Source: Armatimonadia bacterium (GTDB lineage Bacteria > Armatimonadota > Zipacnadia > Zipacnadales > UBA11051). Taken from it: a DNA stretch of 24,160 nt. The first letter of the stretch is position 1. Each line of letters opens with the position of its first letter. The DNA lies in contig JBDKRC010000047.1 in the NCBI GenBank assembly GCA_039683575.1, positions 1-24,160 of the forward strand. The letters are read 5' to 3'. Shown piece by piece: positions 9,385 through 16,892 of the stretch. Both the position numbers and the translations under genes were made by a program. The notes beneath the pieces were generated by a model. The model did no database searches and had not been told where the DNA came from. It saw nothing but the letters and a program-made list of their open reading frames with translations.

Positions 9385-9716
9385 ACAATCGCACGAAGCG
9401 ACTATATATCGTGGTACCGCTGCTGTGGATCGTAATTGTTGGGGCGGCGACGTGGACGGCGTATGTGCGGTCGCCGAAGGGTCCGGTGGTGGAGGAGGAG
9501 AAGCAGGAGAAGGAGGCGCCGCAGTCGTTGGCGCCGGGAGGGGAGGAGCGGGTCGCGTCCGGCATTGAAATGCCGGCCTGGGAAATGAGCGTGCCTCCGG
9601 CACGCGAGGGGGGCGAGGCGCGGCTTGTGGGCGATGCGGTTGAGCGGCGGGTGACCCCGTTGGGGTCAGAGAGGGAGGGTTGGGGCGCGTTCCAGGGGTT
9701 TCACCCCTGGCTATAG
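9381..9716 (+). CDS. Small hypothetical single-pass membrane protein; C-terminus translated from palindromic repeat DNA
   Basis: ATGA overlap with the reductase stop, basic N-terminus, TM segment LYIVVPLLWIVIVGAATW; the last ~20 codons overlap the hairpins at 9652-9713. Confidence 0.55.
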   Translation: MNNRTKRLYIVVPLLWIVIVGAATWTAYVRSPKGPVVEEEKQEKEAPQSLAPGGEERVASGIEMPAWEMSVPPAREGGEARLVGDAVERRVTPLGSEREGWGAFQGFHPWL

Positions 9717-9830
9717 TCGGTGACCCCGTTGGGGTCAAACGGCGCACGCTGTTGGCGATTGAGGGGGAGAAGCGCGACTCGGTGACCCCGTTGGGGTCAC
9801 ACGGCGCACGACGTGGGGCGGATTGAGGGG
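9652..9830 (-). repeat. Triple-hairpin REP-like module, TGACCCCGTTGGGGTCA variant, with an extra 62-bp duplication
   Basis: TGACCCCGTTGGGGTCA at 9652-9668, 9721-9737 and 9783-9799; CCAGGGGTTTCACCCCTGGCTA at 9692-9713. Confidence 0.9.
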
Positions 9831-9865
9831 GGCGGGCAAGAGCATCGCCCTCGATCGGGGCTTCA

Positions 9866-10054
9866 GGCCCGAAGGGCCGTACGGCAGCTAGCCAGGGCCG
9901 CAAGGCCCTGGGGAAAGTGTTGCATACATATGGAGCCCCGAAGGGGCGATGGCGGCCGGAGAGACCGCTGCCGCCCCTTCGGGGCTCTCGGCCTGGGGTG
10001 GCTGGCAACCAGGGCCTTGCGGCCCTGGCTAGAGGCTGGTCGGCCCTTCGGGCC
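9866..10054. repeat. REPIN-like doublet: two inverted copies of the triple-hairpin module
   Basis: GGCCCGAAGGGCC / TAGCCAGGGCCGCAAGGCCCTGG / GCCCCGAAGGGGC at 9866-9947 and its reverse complement at 9973-10054; the same hairpins as at 4035-4116 and 4217-4298. Confidence 0.92.
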
Positions 10055-10103
10055 TCGCGGACGGGCAACGGCGGAAGGCAACGGCATCCTAACCGGAAAT
10101 CAA

Positions 10104-10131
10104 GCAGGGCAGGCCGGTTGGCCTGCCCTGC
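10104..10131 (-). terminator. Rho-independent terminator, probably for the minus-strand gene ending at 10164 (possibly bidirectional)
   Basis: Perfect 12-bp stem GCAGGGCAGGCC-GGTT-GGCCTGCCCTGC, followed by TTGATTT on the minus strand. Confidence 0.65.
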
Positions 10132-10163
10132 ATTGCTTTGAGACAGAGACTGCCGTTGAAGGC

Positions 10164-11615
10164 TCAGTTGGCGTCGTCCATCACTATCGGGGAGGCGCTG
10201 GGGGCGGCGAGGAGGCGCACCGGGCTGTGGGCTTCCTCTACTGTGTCCAGGACCTCTCCCGTCCGCACATCCACTGTGTAGGACCGATTCAGGTCCCCGC
10301 TCCTGCCTGACAGCAACAGGAAGCGCTTGCCGGGTGACAGGGACCACTCGGTTGCCGCGAAGCCTTCGATCGTGGCGCGGAGGTCCTCATCGCCGTTGAA
10401 CCACTCGCTGATGACGCTGGTTACTGGCTTGCCCTGCACGGTCTTCACATCCACCACCAGGCTTGTGCTCTTGCTCTGCATCATTTCTTCGCTCTCCGGC
10501 GGGTAGAAGTCCACCGGCTTGAAGTGGTCGCCATCGAGGATGTAGTACCCGCGCTTGCCGTCGCGCTGTTCGATGAGCACTACGGGACTGGTCAGGTGCA
10601 TATAGGCGCGCCGGGGCATGCCATCGGGGAGGGCAACGGGCTCGCCCTCGGCCTTCTGTCCGGCGGGGCCGGAGATCAGTTCCCAGCCCATTCCCAGCAT
10701 GGGCCGGGAGATGGCGGCCCAGCGGGTGCCGTCCATGCTGACGGCGGCGTCGGTGAAGTCCATCGCGCCGGCGAGCAAGACCGGCTCGCCGAATTTGCCG
10801 GGTGCGAGGTACCAGAGTTCATGGCCGGAGCGCGAGGTGCGGCGTTTGGCGATGATTGAGCCATCCGGCTGGGGGCGGAAGTCGGAGACGAGTTCCATCA
10901 CGAGGCGCGGGTTGTCACCGGCGAGGGCGACCTGCATGAGGTTGCCGTTCATGTTGGGCTCGTTTTCGATGGGATCGAGGTAGAGCGCGGAGAATTGGCG
11001 CGCCGAGAGCGGGCCGCCGTAGCGGCAGGCGCGGTCGGTGGCGGCATAGAGGTAGGACGTGTTCTTGCAGGCCAGGGTGATGAAATAGCCGCTCTCTATA
11101 GCCTTGGTGTAGACCTCGCCGGGGCGGGGAAGGCCCAGGGAGCCGTCGGTGAAGGTCTTGGGCTCGAACTTGGAGACCGTGACCAGGGCGGCGTCCACCT
11201 TGAGTCGCTGGGTGAGGTCGGCCTGGCAGCGGCCGGCGGCGGCGGTGGTGTATTTGGCCGCGTCAGCCGGTTTGGGGGTACGAATGGTCGGCTCGGGCTC
11301 GGAAGTGGCGAGGATTACGCGGTCCTTCATATTGGTGTGGTACTCATAGCGGCGGCCATCGTGGCCGAGGAAGACTTTGTAGCCGAGGGTGATGACCGGG
11401 AGGTAGCCCATGTCCTTGCGGGGGACGCCGAGGGAGGAGTCGGGCCACTCGGTGAGTTCGAAGCTGAGGACTTCGATGGCTTCGGGGTTAACGTTCAAGA
11501 CGTTAGCGAGGCGCTCGACGGCCTTTTGCACGGGAGCGGGGCGGTCGGCGGCGTGGGCCGCGGTGAGGATGAGTCCCATCAATACTACAATCATGCCAAT
11601 CGTAAGCTTGCGCAT
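10164..11615 (-). CDS. Secreted hypothetical protein: two tandem 'W/F-x-D-x-SLG-x-P...GY...Y-x-Y' modules plus a probable TolB-like beta-propeller C-terminus
   Basis: Signal peptide MRKLTIGMIVVLMGLILTAAHA behind GGAGG (start 11615). Internal repeat WPDSSLGVPRKDMGYLPVITLGYKVFL..RRYEYH vs FTDGSLGLPRPGEVYTKAIESGYFITL..TSYLYA; propeller-like motifs PQPDGS, VSMDGTRW and LSPGKRFL. Confidence 0.8.
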   Translation of the reverse strand: MRKLTIGMIVVLMGLILTAAHAADRPAPVQKAVERLANVLNVNPEAIEVLSFELTEWPDSSLGVPRKDMGYLPVITLGYKVFLGHDGRRYEYHTNMKDRVILATSEPEPTIRTPKPADAAKYTTAAAGRCQADLTQRLKVDAALVTVSKFEPKTFTDGSLGLPRPGEVYTKAIESGYFITLACKNTSYLYAATDRACRYGGPLSARQFSALYLDPIENEPNMNGNLMQVALAGDNPRLVMELVSDFRPQPDGSIIAKRRTSRSGHELWYLAPGKFGEPVLLAGAMDFTDAAVSMDGTRWAAISRPMLGMGWELISGPAGQKAEGEPVALPDGMPRRAYMHLTSPVVLIEQRDGKRGYYILDGDHFKPVDFYPPESEEMMQSKSTSLVVDVKTVQGKPVTSVISEWFNGDEDLRATIEGFAATEWSLSPGKRFLLLSGRSGDLNRSYTVDVRTGEVLDTVEEAHSPVRLLAAPSASPIVMDDAN

Positions 11616-11725
11616 TGTCCAGACCTCCATGTTGCTGCTGATGGCTTAGTGTCGCGGTGCGGGGTTCTTCTTCCCGAGTATTTTGTGGTGAATGGCAGAA
11701 TCGAGAGGGCGGGTTGGTTGACGCT

Positions 11726-11795
11726 GCCCGCCGGGCTGGAAGCCCGGCTCTGTTGGCGAAATCTCGCGGCAGGGATGCCGCTCGTACGACGGGAG
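11726..11795 (-). repeat. REP-like composite, inverted homologue of 5385-5479
   Basis: Minus strand reads CTCCCGTCGTACGAGCGGCATCCCTGCCGCGAGA-N10-AGAGCCGGGCTTCCAGCCCGGCGGGC. Confidence 0.85.
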
Positions 11796-11866
11796 GCCGC
11801 CGCTGGGACCCAAGGAGGACCGGTGGGGCTGGGAGCGGAAATGGTGTTCTGAAGGAGTTGACCATT

Positions 11867-12976
11867 TTGGATAAATCGCTCATTGGTAGGCCGCTTGAGG
11901 CCGTGGATACCCCGTCACTAATTGTAGACTATACCATTCTAGCAGCAAATCTGCGCAATCTACAAGAGTCTTCGGACCGGGCGGGGATACAGGTGCGGCC
12001 ACATATCAAGGCCCACAAGACGCCCGAGATCGCGTTGATGCAGATGCGCCTGGGGGCGGTGGGGGTGACGGCGGCCAAGATCGGCGAGGCCGAGGTCATG
12101 GCGACCGCCGGGATTCCCGATATCTTCATTGCCAACTGCCTGATCGGCGAGATCAAGATGCGGCGGCTGGTGGCGCTCGCGCGGCGGGTGCCGAAGCTGT
12201 CGGTGGCCGTGGAGAGCATGGAGGGGGCGCGGCAGCTTTCCGAGGCGTTCGCGGCGGCGGGGATGACGCTCGAGGTCATGCTGGAGATAGACAACGGGGC
12301 GCGGCGGTGTGGGGTGCTGCCGGAGAAGGCGGTGGAGTTCGCGCAGCAGGTGAGCGCGCTGCCGGGGCTGCATATCGTGGGGATCATGGCCTATGCGGCC
12401 GGGGCGTATGCTTGCCGCACTGAGGAGGACCGGAAGGCGTTTTGCGCCGAGGAGGGGCGGTCGCTGGCAGCCATTGCGAGCGAATTGAGTGCGGCGGGGT
12501 TTGAGATGCGGCGGATCAGCGGGGGTTGCACGCCAACGGCGGGGCGGCATGAGCGCGGGTGCGGGCTGACTGAGGTGCGGTCGGGCACGTATTGTCTGAA
12601 CGACTACAATCAGATAGACTTGGGATCGTGCACGCGCGAGCAGGTGGCGGCGACGGTGCTGGCGACGGTGGTCAGCCGGCCGTGCGCGGACCGGATTCTC
12701 ATGGACGCGGGGACCAAGGCGCTCGACCAGCAGGTCAGCCAGACGACGCAGGGCTATGGGTGGCTGCTGGAGCCGCCGGGGGCGAATGTGGTGAAGATCA
12801 ACGACGAGCACGGGTACCTGGAGGCGACGGCGGGGGATCTGAGGATTGGGGACAAGGTGAGGGTGATCCCGCCGCGGATCTGCACGTGCTTGAACTTGTA
12901 CGATGAGATGGTTGTTGTAGAGGATGGGGTAGTTGTGGATGTGTGGGAAATCGCGGCGCGGGGGAAGAATCAGTAG
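11867..12976 (+). CDS. Fold-type III PLP enzyme, D-threonine aldolase / D-serine dehydratase (DSD1) family
   Basis: DTPSLIVD, RPHIKAHK (PLP lysine), EIDNGARRCGV, EVRSGTY, DAGTKAL and NDEHG. Start set at TTG 11867 after AAGGAG (11852-11857); the upstream extension in the track translates REP DNA. Confidence 0.88.
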   Translation: MDKSLIGRPLEAVDTPSLIVDYTILAANLRNLQESSDRAGIQVRPHIKAHKTPEIALMQMRLGAVGVTAAKIGEAEVMATAGIPDIFIANCLIGEIKMRRLVALARRVPKLSVAVESMEGARQLSEAFAAAGMTLEVMLEIDNGARRCGVLPEKAVEFAQQVSALPGLHIVGIMAYAAGAYACRTEEDRKAFCAEEGRSLAAIASELSAAGFEMRRISGGCTPTAGRHERGCGLTEVRSGTYCLNDYNQIDLGSCTREQVAATVLATVVSRPCADRILMDAGTKALDQQVSQTTQGYGWLLEPPGANVVKINDEHGYLEATAGDLRIGDKVRVIPPRICTCLNLYDEMVVVEDGVVVDVWEIAARGKNQ

Positions 12977-13050
12977 CGGGCAACGCTGGCCGTGTCATGC
13001 TGAGTAGAACCACGCGATCATCTACGACCAGCCGTCGTGCCGAACGCCCC

Positions 13051-13104
13051 AATTGCGCTCTGGTGAGCGCTCCTACAGGCAGCCGGGGTGCCTGGAGCGC
13101 GACC
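13051..13104 (-). repeat. GTAG-type REP copy, with a degenerate inverted partner
   Basis: Minus strand GTAGGAGCGCTCACCAGAGCGCAA at 13053-13076; 21/26 match to 20746-20771; GAGCGCGACC remnant ends at 13104. Confidence 0.65.
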
Positions 13105-13253
13105 GGAGGTGTGCCTCCCGTGTGTCCAGAGGTGGCTGGGCGAACTGGCTCTTGGGCGGGGGCGTCACAATCCTTGGGGAGGATCGCTGCGCTGCAGGGG
13201 GCTCGTGGCCGCTTTGATGGCGGACTGTGAAGAGACCTGGAGACAGAAGGAAT

Positions 13254-14786
13254 ATGCCGAACGAACGTGGCGTTACTGATAACCTGGACCTGCTCTTACC
13301 CATACTGCCGCCGCGGGTGCAGGATAAGCTGGCCGCACACCCGCAGCTACATGACCTCGTGGAGGTCGTCATAGACCTGGGGCGGCCCATCGAGGCGCGG
13401 TTCAGCGAGGGCTATGAGTTCCTGAGCGAGGGCGCGGCGACGATTGAGGACATTGAGTACGTGGTGTCGCGGATCGGGCAGTTTGATCGCGACAACCGCG
13501 CGGGGATTGAACGGACGCTGCACCGCATTTCGGCCATGCGCAACCGGCTCGGAGATGTGGTGGGGCTGACGTGCCGGGTGGGGCGCGCCATCTATGGCAC
13601 CATTGACATCATCAACGACGTGATCGAGACCGGGGTCAATATCCTGCTGCTGGGGCGACCGGGCGTGGGGAAGACGACGAAGCTGCGCGAGATGGCGCGG
13701 GTTTTGGCGGAGGACTTCGGCAAGCGCGTGATCGTGGTGGACACCAATAACGAAATCGCGGGGGATGGCGACATTCCCCATCCCGCCATCGGACGCGCGC
13801 GGCGGATGCAGGTTCCCAATACCGAAGAGCAGCATGATGTGATGATCGAGGCTGTGGAGAACCACATGCCGGAGGTCATCGTGATTGATGAGATCGGGAC
13901 GGCGGACGATGCCTTTGCGGCGCGGACGATTGCCGAGCGGGGCGTGCAGCTCATCGGGACCGCGCATGGCAACAACCTCGACAACCTGATGTCCAACCCG
14001 ACGCTGGCAGACCTGGTGGGGGGCATCCAGGCTGTGACGCTCAGCGATGAGGAAGCGCGCAAGCGCGGGACGCAGAAGACGGTTTTGGAGCGCAAGGCGC
14101 CACCGACCTTTGATACGATCATCGAGATGCGCGATCTGGACATTCTGGGCATTCACCATGACGTGGCCGAGACGGTGGATGCGCTGCTTCTGGGACGGCG
14201 GGTGCAGTCGGAGGTGCGGGAGCGGCGCGAGGATGGCGGGTATGATGTGGTGCAGGAGGAGTTCGTCCAGACGGTGCAGGAGCCGTCGGCGACGGATGAG
14301 TTTGAGCGCCTGCAGAAAGAGATCTCCGGACGGCGGCCGCAGCGGTCGGTGTCGCGGCTGTACATCCGCGGGGTGACGCGGCGGAAGGTGGAGAAGGCCC
14401 TGCAGGAGTTGCGAGTTCCGGCGACCCTTGTGAAGGACCCCGGCAGCGCGGACGCGATTTTGGCGCTGCAAGAGGATGCGCGGGAGATGCGGGTGGAGGG
14501 GGCGCCGGGCATTCCGGTGGAGATTACGCGGAGCAATACCTATACGCAGATCCTCGAAGGGCTGCGGAAGCTGTTCACGACCGCAGACACGGCACGGGAG
14601 GAGTTCGCCATCCGGGAGGCCGAAGAGGGCCTGCGGAGGGTTCAGGATGCGAATGTCTCGGTGGAACTCATGCCACAGAATTCGTACATTCGGCGGCTGC
14701 AGCATGAGATTGTGGGGCGCCACAACCTGCGCTCGACGAGCGTGGGCAAGGAGCCGCGGCGGCGGGTTATGATTCTGCCGGCGTGA
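13254..14786 (+). CDS. Ycf45/SpoIIIAA-like AAA ATPase with C-terminal R3H nucleic-acid-binding domain
   Basis: DLGRP, RAGIERTLHRIS, Walker A GRPGVGKTT, DTNNEIAGDGD, ENHMPEVIVIDEIG, GTAHG; C-terminal PQNSYIRRLQH...SVGKEPRRRV. Start ATG 13254 after AGAAGG. Confidence 0.9.
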   Translation: MPNERGVTDNLDLLLPILPPRVQDKLAAHPQLHDLVEVVIDLGRPIEARFSEGYEFLSEGAATIEDIEYVVSRIGQFDRDNRAGIERTLHRISAMRNRLGDVVGLTCRVGRAIYGTIDIINDVIETGVNILLLGRPGVGKTTKLREMARVLAEDFGKRVIVVDTNNEIAGDGDIPHPAIGRARRMQVPNTEEQHDVMIEAVENHMPEVIVIDEIGTADDAFAARTIAERGVQLIGTAHGNNLDNLMSNPTLADLVGGIQAVTLSDEEARKRGTQKTVLERKAPPTFDTIIEMRDLDILGIHHDVAETVDALLLGRRVQSEVRERREDGGYDVVQEEFVQTVQEPSATDEFERLQKEISGRRPQRSVSRLYIRGVTRRKVEKALQELRVPATLVKDPGSADAILALQEDAREMRVEGAPGIPVEITRSNTYTQILEGLRKLFTTADTAREEFAIREAEEGLRRVQDANVSVELMPQNSYIRRLQHEIVGRHNLRSTSVGKEPRRRVMILPA

Positions 14787-14824
14787 GGACGGGGGGTAGG
14801 TGGGGCGCGTTGTCAGGGCTCTTT

Positions 14825-14928
14825 ACAGGATGGACATGATAAAGGCAAGGATGATCAGGATGGGGAGAAGCAGAGAGTCCATCAGGGTCATATCCTGAGC
14901 ATCCTTGTCGTCATCCTGTGCATCCTGT
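14825..14928. repeat. Imperfect inverted repeat built from CAGGAT/ATCCTG units
   Basis: 14825-14861 versus the reverse complement of 14892-14928: 31/37 identical by hand. Confidence 0.85.
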
Positions 14929-14961
14929 CAGGCTCCCTGCTCGGAGGACCTCGGCGTACTC

Positions 14962-15597
14962 ATGGCGAAATGCCCCGCTATGAGCCAAATCACCAATCGT
15001 TTCATTGTCTTTGACGGCGTTGAGGGTTGCGGGAAGAGCACGCAGGCGCGGCTTTTGGCCGAGGCGCTGGAGCGGGCGGGCGAGCGGGTGGTGCTGACGC
15101 TCGAGCCCGGTGGGACGCCTGTGGGACAGGCTATCCGGCAGTGTTTGCTTAACCCGGCCTTCCCCGAGATGCATGAGCTTACGGAGGCCTTCCTGTTCTG
15201 CGCGGACCGGGCCCAGCATGTGCTGGAGGTCGTGGAGCCGGCGCTGGAACGGGGACAAATCGTCGTCAGTGACCGCTATGCCTCTTCGACGATGGTCTAC
15301 CAGGGATACGCGGGGGGGCTGGGGCCGGACGCAGTGGAGACGCTGAACGGGCTGGCGACCGGGGGATTGAAGCCCGACCTGTTGATCGTTCTGGACCTGG
15401 ACCCGCTGGAGGGCATGCGGCGTAAGCGGGGGGATGTGGCGGACCGGATCGAGCAGAAGTCGGAGGAGTATCACCAGCGCGTGCGAGAGGGGTTTGTGAC
15501 GTACGCGGAGGCGCTGGGGGAGCGGGCGGTGGTGCTGGAGGCGGACCGGCCGGCTGAGGTGGTGGCGGCGGAGGTGTTGAGGTTGGTGGAGAGGTAG
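14962..15597 (+). CDS. tmk: Thymidylate (dTMP) kinase
   Basis: FIVFDGVEGCGKSTQ, EPGGT, LFCADRAQH, SDRY, YQG and PDLLIVLD; upstream of holB, the usual synteny. Start is ATG 14962 or 14980. Confidence 0.96.
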   Translation: MAKCPAMSQITNRFIVFDGVEGCGKSTQARLLAEALERAGERVVLTLEPGGTPVGQAIRQCLLNPAFPEMHELTEAFLFCADRAQHVLEVVEPALERGQIVVSDRYASSTMVYQGYAGGLGPDAVETLNGLATGGLKPDLLIVLDLDPLEGMRRKRGDVADRIEQKSEEYHQRVREGFVTYAEALGERAVVLEADRPAEVVAAEVLRLVER

Positions 15598-15625
15598 GAG
15601 GAGGGGTGTAGAGGCGCCGAGGGCC

Positions 15626-15675
15626 GCCCGGGGTTGAAACCCCGGGCTGGCGTGTTGAGCGTCCCTCCGGGACGC
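15626..15675 (-). repeat. Partial triple-hairpin-type REP module (third sequence variant) between tmk and holB
   Basis: GCCCGGGGTTGAAACCCCGGGC (15626-15647) and GCGTCCCTCCGGGACGC (15659-15675). Confidence 0.75.
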
Positions 15676-15698
15676 GAAAAGGCAGTAAGACAGGTAAC

Positions 15699-16892
15699 AT
15701 GTTCAAAGACATTATCGGACATCAGGCTCCGCTGCGGGCGTTGCGGCGGGCTATTCATAGCGGACGTATCCCCAATGCCTATCTCTTCGTGGGCCCGCCC
15801 AAGGTCGGCAAGACTACGGCGGCGCTGCAGTTCGCCAAGGCGCTGAACTGCGAGAGGAATGGTCTCGCTCAGGGGAGCGCTCCTACCGCGGAGGAGATCG
15901 ACTGCTGCGACGAGTGTGACACCTGCCGCAAGTTCGATCAGTTCAACCATGCCGACCTCATGGTGCTGTTGCCCCGTACCAGCGATACGAAGAAGAAGGG
16001 CGACGGGGACGAGGAGGCGGCACCGGCGGCGGAGGAAGAGAAGCCGCTGGACATTGAAGGGACGATGATCACCACCGGGCAGGTGGAGCGGTTGGTGGAG
16101 CATTCCGCGCTCAAGCCCAGCCGGGCGCGGTATAAGGTTTACATTATCACTGCGGCGGAGACGATGAACCCCTCGGCGGCCAACAGGCTGCTCAAGACGC
16201 TGGAGGAGCCGCCGCCGCAGACTTTGCTGATCCTCACGGCCAGCAATCTCGGCGCGCTCTTGCCCACGATCATATCCCGCTGCCAGACCCTCAACTTCCG
16301 GCCGACTACGACGCAGGAACTTGAGCAGCGGCTGCTGGAGCGCTTTCCAGGCGCCGATCCGGCGCAGGTGCATACGCTGGCCTCACTGTCCGGCGGGCGG
16401 CCGGGGTGGGCGATCAGCATGCTGCAATGCCCCGATATCTTTGAGTTGCGGACGCGCTTGCTGGACCAGTGCGTCCAGCTTCCGGGGATGCCGATGGTGC
16501 GGTGTCTGGCGCTGGGAGAGATACTGGTCGAGGCGGCGGAGGCGTGGTGGCTGGCGACCAATGACCCCGAGGTCGGCGAGAAGGCGCTGAAGTCGTATCG
16601 TGACCGGGTATTGCGGACGCGGATGAATGAGGTGCTGGACCTGTTTACTTCGTGGTTCCGGGACCTGATGGTGACGATTGGGGACCCGAACAGCCCGCTG
16701 ATCGTGAATGCGGACCGGCGAGAGGATCTGCAGCGGATCGCGCCGATGTACACGCTGCAGGCTTGCCAGCGGGTGTGCGGGTATCTGGAAGAGATGAAGC
16801 GGCAACTGCGGCAGAATGCGAATCTGCGGCTGGCCGCCGAAATGGCGGCGCTGAGGATGCTCAGCGCCGCCCCAACAGGTGAAGCGAAATGA
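15699..16892 (+). CDS. holB: DNA polymerase III subunit delta'
   Basis: FKDIIGH, AYLFVGPPKVGK, zinc module LNC...CDECDTC, AANRLLKTLEEPP and LLPTIISRCQ; follows tmk. Confidence 0.93.
   Translation: MFKDIIGHQAPLRALRRAIHSGRIPNAYLFVGPPKVGKTTAALQFAKALNCERNGLAQGSAPTAEEIDCCDECDTCRKFDQFNHADLMVLLPRTSDTKKKGDGDEEAAPAAEEEKPLDIEGTMITTGQVERLVEHSALKPSRARYKVYIITAAETMNPSAANRLLKTLEEPPPQTLLILTASNLGALLPTIISRCQTLNFRPTTTQELEQRLLERFPGADPAQVHTLASLSGGRPGWAISMLQCPDIFELRTRLLDQCVQLPGMPMVRCLALGEILVEAAEAWWLATNDPEVGEKALKSYRDRVLRTRMNEVLDLFTSWFRDLMVTIGDPNSPLIVNADRREDLQRIAPMYTLQACQRVCGYLEEMKRQLRQNANLRLAAEMAALRMLSAAPTGEAK
15861..15886 (-). repeat. GTAG-type REP copy embedded in frame in holB
   Basis: GGTCTCGCTCAGGGGAGCGCTCCTAC, 24/26 identical to the intergenic copy at 20746-20771. 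Confidence 0.8.

Noticed and set aside
9652-9799. Mini-CRISPR of three TGACCCCGTTGGGGTCA repeats
   Set aside because: The repeat is only 17-19 bp, one 'spacer' is itself a hairpin, and the sequences after copies 2 and 3 resemble each other. It fits the triple-hairpin module plus a duplication.
9379-10347. ORFs spanning the repeat cluster (9379-10347, 9813-10310, 9863-10087, 9917-10141), also 3962-4204 and 4081-4458
   Set aside because: Translations of palindromic repeats; no RBS or domain signal.
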